From the human T2T-CHM13v2.0 reference genome, Homo sapiens: a stretch of 64,000 bases of DNA. The translations under genes and the position numbers were made by a program. Positions within the stretch are counted from its first letter, which is position 1; each line of letters begins with the position of its first letter. Below are positions 1-11,154 of the stretch, in pieces. The stretch lies in assembly GCF_009914755.1 (NCBI RefSeq), contig NC_060929.1; one strand, written 5' to 3'. Under the pieces are notes generated by a model. That model was not told where the DNA came from. It ran no database searches and saw nothing but the letters and a program-made list of their open reading frames with translations.

Positions 1-454
1 AGGCATCCCATTCAGCTCATAGTAGCATTCCATGAAGATCTGGAATGATGACAATAATGATGATTATTAGACTCATAACTCCTTAAGCTTGATTTATGAA
101 AACAGTTCGTTCCTTCACAAAAGTAGTCACTGGAAGAATTCTGGTTTCAGCAATGTGCTGGAAATTTGTGGCCAAACTTTTGGATAAAACATAAGATTCA
201 GACAAGAAAAATTAATATCCTATTTCTTAGGTTTTTAACTAAAAATCTCGGATATAGAATGTTCTCTTTCCAGATGTGAGACTGAAATAATGGAAGAAAA
301 TGGTCACAGTCTATGTCATGGTGTAATGTAGACAGGGAGAGTCACAAGTGCATGTATGGGCTCTCAGCCTTTTCTCTGGCCTTGAAGTTAATCTCCTAAA
401 CTCAGTCATTAAATCAGCTCTTAATTATCTCGGAGGAGAGGAAGTAATGATGAT

Positions 455-498
455 TTCTCTCTCTCTGTCTCTCTGTCACACACACACACACACACACA
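455..498 (+). repeat. Promoter compound microsatellite: (TC)n, then (CA)11 at 477-498
   Basis: Counted directly. Confidence 0.95.
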
Positions 499-975
499 GC
501 TCTTGCAGCAGGTATTGCTTAAATATCACCTTGGATAATCATAACTTGTGAGCAGATCTTCTTTCCTGATGAGTTAGTTTCTAACCTGGTCATTCTGCGC
601 TTATTTTTGTCCCTTTCTCCACCCACTTAGGAAAAACAGAGAAAGGGACGCACCGCGCAGCCCCTAGGCACTGTGGTTTAGGGCTAGTGCCCTCGGCACC
701 CGCTGCCAGGAGCCGGGCGCTGCCAAGGGCTGCGGAGGGGCCACGTTCTCCCGGGGACTGGGGCATCTCCTGCGTGCTGGCGACAGGCTGCGGGGGCGGA
801 GTGGTGCCAGGGCGGGCGCTCGCCCGTCGGATATGCCCACCCGTCCCGTCCAGGGCAGGAAAGCCTGCCAGGGCGCCATCCCCATCCCCACCGCCTCCAG
901 GCTGCCGGGGCTGGGCCGCTGTACGGGAGCCAAGGTGCGGTGCCCCGCGTGTGGACGAGCCGAGGTGCAGCCCGC

Positions 976-1060
976 GGGGCCGCAGGGCCGGGGTGGGGCG
1001 GGGCGCGGCCGGAGCAGATCCGGTGTTTGCGGAATCAGGAGGGGCGGGCTGGGGCGGGCC
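976..1060 (+). promoter_or_regulatory. ITGA2: TATA-less core promoter with tandem GC boxes (Sp1/Sp3/KLF)
   Basis: GGGGTGGGGCGGGG (990-1003) and GGGGCGGGCTGGGGCGGG (1041-1058). No TATA box. Transcription start inferred at about 1090-1115. Confidence 0.85.
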
Positions 1061-1231
1061 CTCGGCGCTGCAGGAGCTGCCCAGAAACTTTTCCCTGCTC
1101 TCACCGGGCGGGGGAGAGAAGCCCTCTGGACAGCTTCTAGAGTGTGCAGGTTCTCGTATCCCTCGGCCAAGGGTATCCTCTGCAAACCTCTGCAAACCCA
1201 GCGCAACTACGGTCCCCCGGTCAGACCCAGG

Positions 1232-1295
1232 ATGGGGCCAGAACGGACAGGGGCCGCGCCGCTGCCGCTGCTGCTGGTGTTAGCGCTCAGTCAAG
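1232..1295 (+). CDS. ITGA2: ITGA2 coding exon 1 (signal peptide MGPERTGAAPLPLLLVLALSQ G-)
   Basis: ATG at 1232 in strong Kozak context (A at -3, G at +4). The translation matches the integrin alpha-2 N-terminus. Donor AAG|GTAAGC at 1296; 64 nt, phase 1. Confidence 0.98.
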
Positions 1296-1568
1296 GTAAG
1301 CGGGGATTTCGCTCTGCATCGGCTGCAGGAGGGACCCGCGCGGCTTCCTGGGGCTCGCTGGAGGGATTGGGCGGAACTAGGGAGCGAGCTCCGTGTGTTC
1401 CCTCGGATTCCACGTGGACTCGGGCTCCCAGCCACCAGGACCTGCTTGGAAAGAGATACTTCTTCGTTCCCTTCCTGCTATCCCAGGCCTTGCGTCCCCA
1501 TTAGGCGCGTCTCGCCCTGTCTGTTAAGCACCCTCCAAAGTCATCTCAGTGAGTGCTTTGTTTTAGGT

Positions 1569-1572
1569 ACAC

Positions 1573-1611
<39 letters not shown>

Positions 1612-1618
1612 CACGCAC
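1569..1618 (+). repeat. Intron-1 CA/CG dinucleotide tract with a pure (CA)14 core at 1578-1605
   Basis: Counted directly. Confidence 0.95.
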
Positions 1619-2962
1619 TCAAGCATGGACAGTGTGGGGATCCGCGGGTGTCCTGGAGACCGCGAGTCCTGCAGCCCAACTTCCCCTGGCTCAGACAGGT
1701 GCCGCGCCTGCCAGAGACCAGGGAAATCCGGAATCCATTGCTGATGGCGGCCTGCAGCTCCCCAGCGCGGTGCTTGCTGGCTTTGCAGAAGCCTGCGAGC
1801 CCCAAAATGCTTATTTTTCAACCCAAGGATGTGAATAATGCCTCTATTTCTTACTTGAGGACGAAGCGCTGTGTTTCTTCCCGGGGGGACTTGGAATAAA
1901 CCAAGCGCCACTTAAATACTTGGCAGAGGGGAATTCTTCCTTCCCTTCTGCCTTCCTCTTATTGTTGTAACATTGTCTATTCGACGAATGTAAACTTAGG
2001 CTAGGAAAAGTTCTTTTCACTTCTGGATCCTAGATGCCGCAATGAGAGAATAAGCCGGAGCAGCCGCTCTAACTGTAGTGCTGTGGCAGTGGGGCCCGCC
2101 CACCTCCTGAGTTCTTTTACACTAAGAGGAGGAAATAAGGCTGGGGTGGAGAGCTTTTGTGGGACCATCGCCTGAGTACTTTTTCCCTGACCATTAGGCA
2201 GAGCTAGAGTGTGGTCAAATTTAAGAATTTTAGTTTATTTGGAGGGAGAAGGAGACACGTTTGTATAATGTAGTTTGAACAGCGATCAAAACAAAACAAA
2301 AAAGTTGTCTCTGATTTTAAAGTGTGTGTGTGGTTTTTTTTTTTTTTTTACAAAGAAGATAAATATTTCCTAAGCTGTCCTCCTTTGAGACTGACATTCA
2401 GCCACTTGCTATTCTTTATTGTGGAGGAATGAATCCTAGTCCACGTCAACCTGGTGGCATTTTCTCCAGGTCAGAGATAAGAGAGAAATAGCACCACTGT
2501 CCCCAGCCCGAGCAGAGAATGGGCATCTTAGGTTTTCTGTCTCACCTGTATTGGGTGCTTCAGATACTTTCTCCGGGAACCAGATGAGTTGTTTTGAGGG
2601 GCCACCAACCCTAATCTACGGATTTCAGGTAAAGTTGTACTTGACATTGAAAATGAGTCTCTGGAATACAACTAGAGCTAATAGAAATATAAACCCAAGC
2701 TTTTCATCTCTCTGTAATTACCCAGTATTAAAATAAGCTGTGGAAACATAACATCATTTTCTTATCTTTGAAATGTTGAGGCTTGTTATGTAAAGAGCAG
2801 TGAGAAATTCTTTAATGGAATGTAACGCTGCAAGGCATGAAGTCAGGAACAGAGACTTAACCTGGAGTTAATAAGGACACCTCAGGGCAAGCAAGCAGAG
2901 ATGATCGAAAATAACATCTGCAAAAGTTTTGTGCATTTATTCCCTCCTCCTACTCCAGCCAT

Positions 2963-3332
2963 TTGTATACTCAAGGAACAGGTTTTCTCTTAATTTAAGA
3001 TCCTCATAAGAAAGCTCTCTCATTTGTGATATCACTTGAGGTTCCTGGAGAAGCAGCATCGTTTTTTGGTACCATGAGTATCCCAGGTTAACATGAATAA
3101 GTGAAATCTCTAGCTCAGTAGTATCTAAAATTTTGTATGGCATTACCCTATCTGTATAAAATTTCTCATTCACTATCATTACACACACACACACACATAA
3201 CTGTTATAAAATTATAGTATGTACAATTGCATCATATCACATACAAAAATTCAAATTTAAAAGCTATGTATGTGACAGAGCTTCATTATGATGATCTTAA
3301 ATTAAGAGAAAACCTGTTCCTTGAGTATACAA
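2963..3332. repeat. 56-bp inverted repeat (arms 2963-3018 and 3277-3332)
   Basis: 53/56 identical by manual reverse-complement comparison; 40 bp contiguous perfect; 258-nt spacer. Confidence 0.93.
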
Positions 3333-3989
3333 TATGCCGTGTTATGTATATACAATTGTATATACATATATATACCTGTTAATATGTATAAAACACATGT
3401 GTGTTTAGACATCTTGTATCATCTCTAGCATACATGCAAACCACTTTAAAAACATATCACCTTCAAATCTTATTTTAACACTTACATTCAAATTTGCTTT
3501 CCAGAAACCTTTTCACAGGTGCTTAAGAAGAAAATGTACTCATAGTTTAGTCCTATATTTATCACCTTTCAGTGCTCATTTCTAAGTGCTTAATACCATG
3601 AAAATGGTAAATGGGCAGTCTGAGGATGAAAAAGAGAGAACATAAGAGGCCTAGATAATCTATAAACTAAATATAGGCCATTAGCAGAAGGCAAATGTAA
3701 TTTTGAAATGAAGGCCATCACGTATTTTCTCCAGTATGTTCACAGGTCAAGGATAGTCCTTCCACCCAGGTTCTAGACCACATCTTTTCTTACTATCCCT
3801 GAAACCCTGCCCCAGCACTCATCCCTCTTCAGTGCACGTCTTCAAATTCTCTCCCTAATGTAACTTCCCCTCAGTCTGTAAATATTCTAATTTTTCTTAT
3901 TGTAAAAAAAATATTTCTTTTGATATTTAATTTCCTCCTGAAACATCCTGTACTTCTGGCTTCTGTTCTCTTCCTGTTTTTCTCCTCCT

Positions 3990-4600
3990 TTCCTCGCTGC
4001 TCTCCCGTCATCTCCTTCACAGGCTCTTTCCTTGTTGGTGTTTGCAGAGTTTCATCCTGAATCCTCCTCTTCATTCTGCAGATTGTCTCTGGGCCCATTC
4101 CCTGCACAGGTCCCTATCTCCAGCCAGCCTCCCCTTCTGAGTTCCAGATCAGTATTTCCATCAGCCACCAAATTTCTCCAGCTAGACAGTCTGTAAGTAA
4201 GCCAGATTCAACATTTCCAAAACTGAATTTAATACGTGTCCTCCAGAATTTTCTCCTCTATTGGCTACCATTGTTTAATGGCAGTATTATTATCACACAA
4301 ACATGAAAGCCAGGAATTTGTCCCCATGTTTTCAACCTCACAGCCACTCTCCAAATTCTCTTGGCTCTCCTCCCATCCATGCAACTCCTGCCACCCAGTC
4401 AGTCCCTCATCTTACGTCTGTATGTAACTTTTAAACTGGATTTTCTTTTCTTATCTCTCCAACCCATTCTCTTCATTTTCACTAATGATATCTTTCTAAG
4501 ACACTTATATGTTTCCAATTACTGCTTTGTTTCAAATGTTAGTGGCTCCCCATCTCAGGTAGGGTAAAGTGCCAATTTCTTGGCATGTCATAAAAAGGTA
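3990..4600 (+). mobile_element. Ancient L2 LINE fragment
   Basis: L2-like phrases (ctgagttccagatc...tatttcca, caacatttccaaaactgaa). Confidence 0.5.
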
Positions 4601-6879
4601 CATTCTACCTATCCAATCTTTTCTTTACTGTATGCTTTCCTGAACACAAATACACATTCACACACACACACCACACACATGCCCACACATGTACACACTC
4701 TAAAGCCATCTATATACACCATTCTTTGTTATGACTACACCTGATCATACCATATTTAGTGTGAAAATATTTTCCAAATACTCCCTTTGCCTTCATTGCA
4801 TTGTTGCTTTCACCCCTTTTCACTCATCTCTTTGCAACTGACCATTATCCAATGCTAGAAGGGTCAATCCCAAGCAAAATTATAAAGTAGAGAACTTTTA
4901 CTTTTGCAACAAAAAGGAAAGCTTGAGGTAACCTACCTTTGCTGGGTCCCACCCTAAACCACCTCTCTGGTCTCATCCTCAGCCCCTTAATGGGACTTAG
5001 GCCGCCCTCTGATAAAGTAACTTTGCTCCCCTATGGCTTAGCAGTTATACCTGCCCAACCTCAGCTAAGCTTTGCTCTCTTAATACTAGGTCCTGAGCCA
5101 CTGTTTGACTTAAATTTATGGACTGGGGTTTAGGATTCAGTATTTACAATGGCTCATATATTTCTGATGTATGGTCTGGTTTGGAAGTGATTGCTTAAAT
5201 ATCATCACTGCCTCCCCACTTTCCTAAGATTAAAATTCCAGTGTTACCTACCCCTTACCACCTTGTGGGATGATCACCAAGACAGGTAGATTTCAACATC
5301 AAGAGTTAGCGGCTGTGAGCGGCTGTGTCAGTTAAATTCCTTCCGAAGTGGATGATGACTACTCCCTGTCTTCATGTGCTGACAGCCCTGGAGATATTAA
5401 AAGGTAGAAGCTTGTTAATGTAAAGAGATGAGCTTCTCATGATGTAATTTTAGACATTCAGCAAAATAAAGACACATGTTCAGTCAATGTGTATAAAGTC
5501 AAGAATTTCAGGAAGAATGGGGAAAATATTTGGGGCCAAAAGTGTCCAGGCATCACATAAATTCTACCACTAAAGCCATAAGTCTTGACTACCAACACTG
5601 CTCAGCTTGGGATATTAGTAAAAGATTTAGCACAGCATAAAACAAGAGAAACCATGAAAGATCACCGCTCTGATTGGCAAGTGAAAGAAATGGAAGGTGG
5701 GTGGAGTTCTTTTTTTCCAGTTGTTCAGTGACCAATCATTTACCAGCAGAACATACAGAAGAGTGGCTCCCTACAGGGGAGAATCCTAGCACTGCAAATC
5801 ATGAGACAATAGACTCTGTGTATGACAGTGATTCCTATGCCCCTTCAGGTGATCCATAGAGGCTTTATTGATCTGGCTACAGTGAATTTCATAAAACTAA
5901 TACTTGATAATATTCTTATAAGGTATCTACTTTATGTAAGGCTGTGTGTTAGGCTCAAGGTGGAATCAGAGAAAACTTAAAACATGGCTGAGAGAGGTTG
6001 GAGTTTATTTGGAAAAAAATCCAAACATGGGGAAAGGAAATTGTCTCAGCCCTGAAGCATACTTAACCAATTTCAGCCCCTTGTCATCTTCCTTTCTAGC
6101 AGAAGTCCATTTATTGAGTTACCATCCTCTTCTGCATAGCTAAAAAATTGAGGTGATGCTGAAGGGTGATTAGGCTGGTCCCAGGCATCTGGGCTGTGTC
6201 TGATTTAGCCATGGGCATGTAATGCAAGGTTGACCAATGAGATCTGCTGGGTGACTTATGGGAAAAGAATTTTCATTCCTAAGAGAGATATTTGTTAAAG
6301 AAAATATTGTCAAGTTTATATGTGAAATTTGGAACAACTACAGCCATCTTGCAACTGCGATGTCAACTAGCTTAAGGATAAAGCTAGTATATTGGAGTTA
6401 GCCTTATGGAAAGAAATGGACTTTGATGTTGTCTTTGAACTTCTGAATTATTGGAATTTAAGACTATAGTATGTCTTGGTGTCTTTAAAATTTTCATATA
6501 ATTTAAAACTTGGTTATATCATTTTCTATAACTTAGAGAGCTGTAACATCAGTTTCCATAGCATAATATATGTCATGTGTTCACAATTAATGAGTGGTAC
6601 AGATAACATGTTGAATTCAGAGGATGGAGAGATATCATTGTGATACATTGAAGTGTCTAGCCTCCTGAGATGTCTTCATGGAAACAGGTAAGAATCATTA
6701 CAATTTAGATCTGCCATGAAGAACCTCAGAGATCCTGGAGTACAGTTTCTACCTTTTAAAATGGATGTAAGTGATACTAGAAAAGCAAGCAACATAACTA
6801 GCAATAGGACTCGTCTCCTAGTTCCTGGGGCAGATGTTTAGGTTCTTGAATAGAATACTGACGCAATGAAAACAGAAGG

Positions 6880-7900
6880 TCCTTATGCCCACAATGTGGT
6901 ATTCAAGTTGTTCCCAGAGAGTGAAAGCTGAGTTGCAGCCACCAGACCTTGAAGGGCCTTGTAAGTCATGATATAGAGCAGGGGTTTTATACTGAGAACA
7001 GTAGAAAGGTCTTGAAGGGCCTTGAGCAGGGGAGTGACATGATCAGATGAGGAGAGTGGGTTGGATGGAGGCCAGGTGGAAAGCACCAAGATCATTTAAG
7101 AAAGAATATGTTTGGGTTTTAGTTTTAGTTTAGGAGACCAGTTGTGAGATGATGGTGGTAAAAACTCAGATAGTGGCAGTAGGGAAAGAGACTGGAGGAT
7201 TTATTGGAAAGGCATTAAAGAAGAAGAGTGAACAGGATTTGATGATTGATTTACTATGGAGGTGGAGAGAGAGGGAGAAGATAAGGCTGATGCTTAGGTT
7301 TCTGACATGGACAAGTCAGTTGATTTTGTACCATTCACTGAGATAAGCAGTGCTGAAGGAGAGCAAGTTGGAGGAAAAAGATGATCAGTTCAGGTCAACA
7401 GATTGAGTTTGAGACATCTGGATGTACACCTGGATGTATATGTCTAATTAGCAAATAGTTATATGTAGTGGCGTTAGGAACAGGCAGGAAAGTAAGATGG
7501 GGATAGAGATTTAGGAGTCATTGGCACCTAGAGAATAACTGAAGATAGGACATTAACAAGATGAGTCAGGCAAAGGGACTAGAAGAGGGCTTTGGCCATG
7601 GCTCAAGGAACTGCTTTAGAGGGTCAGGTGAGGAAGAGGAAATGTGAAGGGAGAGAGTAGGAACAGCTGGAGAAGTAGAAAGACAACTGCAAGAACTGGG
7701 GTAGCACAGAACTATTTGGAGAAGGAAGAGGTAGTGAATAGGGTCAACTTCTTCAAAGAAGTCAAGCAAGTTGATAGTCTTGAAGGGCAGTCTACATGGA
7801 GTGAAAAAAGAGAAATCAGAACAGAGCGGCCAGAGGAGTAATGGAAGATGAGGAAATGTAGAGAGTGTGAGAAAGTTTGGTATGATAGTAAAAGGGAGGA
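6880..7900 (-). mobile_element. L2 LINE fragment
   Basis: Purine-rich antisense-L2 phrases (ggagtgacatgatcaga, ttgagtttgagacatct, gatttaggagtcattggca). Confidence 0.6.
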
Positions 7901-9950
7901 GAGAGTAGCAAGAGAGGTAAAATGGGAGCAGCTGCCTTTAAGCAAACATGGGAAAGGCTTGCATAAAAATTATTATAAGGAGATTTTTTATTTCTGTTAC
8001 TTATGGTGCTGCATGGTACACTTGTAATGTTTTAAAATTGCATTGAGGTATATGTATGTGGCAGAGATTCATTGCACAAGAGAAACTGAGGGAAGGGGAG
8101 GAGCTTTGATGACTATACAAAGGATATTATCAGAGAGAAAGGAGAGGAAGAGAGTTAGGTGTCCAGCACCAGTAACAGCTCTGGCAGAAAGGAGCCCCTG
8201 CTTAGAAGCTGCAGGTTATCATGGGAAGGTAGGCAAAGCAGACCCTGGGCTATGAAATAGAGAGGATATTAACTAATCAGGGAAAGGTGTGAAGTTGATC
8301 CAGGTATGCAAAGAGGGAAAGAAAGCAGAGGTATGGAAAAAGGTACCTCCCATCCTCCAGAGTGGCTGCTTAGATTGATGAGCCCATGTATACATTTTGG
8401 TTTCAAACACCTTTTCACACTAATGCAGTTATGATTAATAAGCTGTTTTTAGGGCATGTAATATATAACACTCCAATTCCAGTGGCATAATTAATATCAG
8501 TGCGTTAGTCAGATTTCCTAAAAACCAAACAAGTTCTTTTAGAAATATAGATTTATGTTTCTCCAGTTAAGCCTTCAATTCCCCTTATTTCTATCTAGTT
8601 TAATAAAGATCCCCAAAATAATCTTGTTAGAAATAACAGTCTCATATATCACAGAGAAATAGTGTTGTCTCTGAAAGATTTTGCTAGTAAAATGTGAAAG
8701 CTGTTTGCCCTGTAACTTAGTGTTGTTTTCAAAGCATTTCAAAACATTTTCATTGAATCATAAATTAGAAAAGAAGTTGATGTCTATTCTTAATTTTGTT
8801 AGTCATAATTAAAGTGCTTATATTCAAGTGTTTTATCCAGTCTATGCCTGCTAACTCTTGAACACGTAATTTACATTTTAGAACCAGTATAAACTTGAAC
8901 TGCATATTTGGCTAATGTTTTCAGCTCCATAGACTGTTGGGACAGTTAATGATTTTCAAATATATTTTACTTCCTTTGAGAGACTTGTCTGTTCTGTTGC
9001 CCAAATAGGTAACAGAAACTTTGCAATTCTGTCAGCAAAGATTCCTGCATTATTATCTTGTTCTGAAAAGGTGACTGAAATTCTTCCATTTATTAAAGTG
9101 TCTAGAGACAGTTTTTGCTACAGAAGCCATATATAACTCCTGACCACTGAAAGGCTTTCTGTATAAAAATGAAGTTAATGTTTAAACAGAGCAATGGAAA
9201 TAAAAGAGTGTTCAAAAAATGGAAATAAAACACAGCAATGGAAATAAAAGAATCACTGTATTGTCAGTGCAAGAGATTACTTCATTGTGTTTTGAAAGGC
9301 GAGCAAAGCTATTGCACCGATGGACGCCTTGAACATTGGCAGTTGTCATTCTCCCGGATTCATTTGAAGGTGGCCTTTGTTTGTCTTTGTGCAGGCCTGA
9401 TCTCATTTCCATGGATACCATGTAGAAATGCAGACTGAACACAAGCTGGCTTCGGGTCAGTTCAGTCAGACAACTCTATTCCAAATTGTTTACCAGTTGC
9501 CTTCGAGTCCTTTAGCCAACAGCTTCTTAGATGCTTGTTAGAATAGAGACCCCAAACCATCCTGGATTTCATAACCTCTTCTAAACCATATTCTGAATGC
9601 TGGTGCATAAAAATAGATATTTCAAAATAATTGACTTAGTGTTCTATGGTGGAGGAGGGGAAGGAAAAACTTAGCCTTGGAAATTGGGGCACTTTTATGT
9701 AATCTTTATTATTTTTTCAGTATAAAAATTTAATAAATAGCCCTAATGAGAAAATCTAATGCCACATTGAAAAATGATTAAAAATTTATGGAAGTAGTCA
9801 TGGTAATTAAGAAATGCCTTTATTATTACACAGTATTTAATTTTTGCCCCTCAAATAATCTGCCTTTAATATATTAGTGTCATTTTATTATTTTTTTTGC
9901 TATGGTTCAAGTGAGCTATCACCTTAACTCTTTTTAAAAGTGAAGTCCCA

Positions 9951-10250
9951 GACCGAGTGCAGTGGCTCATGCCTGTAATCCCAGCACTTTGGGAGGCTGA
10001 GGTCAGGAGTTCAAGACCAGCTTGGCCAACATGGTGAAACCCTGTCTCTACTAAAAATACAAAAAAATTAGCCAGGTGTGGTGGCAGGTTCCTGTAATCC
10101 CAGCTACTCGAGAGGCTGAGGCAGGAGAATTGCTTGAACCTGGGAGGCGGAGGTTGCAGTGAGCCAAGATTGGTGCCACTGCACTTCAGCCTAGGTGACA
10201 GAGCCAGACGCTGTCTCAAAAAAGAAACCCAAAAAACAAACAAACAAAAA
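9951..10250 (+). mobile_element. AluS-type SINE with an internal left-arm deletion
   Basis: Alu consensus; gggaggctgagg joins directly to tcaggagttc; A-rich tail. Confidence 0.92.
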
Positions 10251-11154
10251 AGGCAGAGTCCCATGAGCTCCTGCCTTTTTTCATGTCCTCTCTCTCTTTC
10301 TGGAATACTCTTTAGCCCCAGCCTCCATTCTGTGCATCGTTTAAATCTTAATTTCACTGAGATTCATGCACCCTAGGAACCCTGCCAATCTTCTAATTCA
10401 ATTTAGGTATCACTCCTCACTTGGACCCTTCCATAGCAATGTTACATTCTATTTCAATAACCCTTTCAGAACTTGGCTATAGTTCTTACTGACTGCAAGC
10501 TGAGAAGACAGGCCCATATCATCTTCACTTGTATCAAGGGTTCTTGGCACCATTTTATTCAATGAGTGATGAATCTATGAGCCATGTATGACAGCTACTG
10601 TAAGGGGATTAAAGACACACTTTCTGAATGAAGGCCAAGCTGAAAAATTTCTACTTCTTTCCAATTAGTATATGCAAAAATAATTCTATTTGTAAGTGTA
10701 TCTGAATTTGCTAAAATATTCCTTTAGTTGATAAATTTGTTTTCACTTCTTTGACAGAGTTTGTTTGCTTTTAAAATGTTTTTCCTTTTTCATAACATGT
10801 CTAACTAGGATAGCTCTGTTGACAAGTAACAAGATGAATGAAAGTATTAGGACAGTACAGATATCATTTTTTCCCCAAACCCTTTTCTGTTCCCCTTTTC
10901 TGTTCTCATAAAGCAACACCATAATTTATCTTCAGCTTGACTCTCTCTCCCACCGAATACATTCTTTAAGATTACCTTCTGTCCTATTTATCATTGTATT
11001 TCAGGAGCCTGGCTCATAGTAAGCACTCAGAAAATGATGTATTAAAAAAGAAAAAAAATCAAAATTCAAATACAGTAAATTTTAAAACTTTTATTTATTG
11101 TAAAATGTAACATACATGTAGACAAATGCATAAAAGGTAAATGTACAGCTTTTT

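Larger units (their letters stand above)
650..1810. promoter_or_regulatory. ITGA2: CpG island spanning the ITGA2 promoter, exon 1 and the start of intron 1
   Basis: Abrupt switch to very high GC with dense CpG, against AT-rich, CpG-depleted flanks. Confidence 0.92.

Noticed and set aside
590-1911. Many long overlapping ORFs (up to 223 aa) on both strands around exon 1
   Set aside because: Expected from stop-poor CpG-island DNA. The translations are Pro/Gly/Arg/Ala-rich with no domain. Only 1232-1295 has splice and homology support.
1-2100. Antisense lncRNA (ITGA2-AS1) recalled to start near this promoter
   Set aside because: Its exons cannot be located or supported from the sequence alone.
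5308-5327. agcggctgtg repeated twice, and similar short doublets (~7415-7440, ~10880-10906)
   Set aside because: Ordinary slippage duplications with no further signal.
9185-9252. CRISPR-like repeat-spacer look of the triple 13-mer
   Set aside because: Eukaryotic intron; the repeats are too short, spacers irregular (12 and 6 nt), and there are no cas genes.
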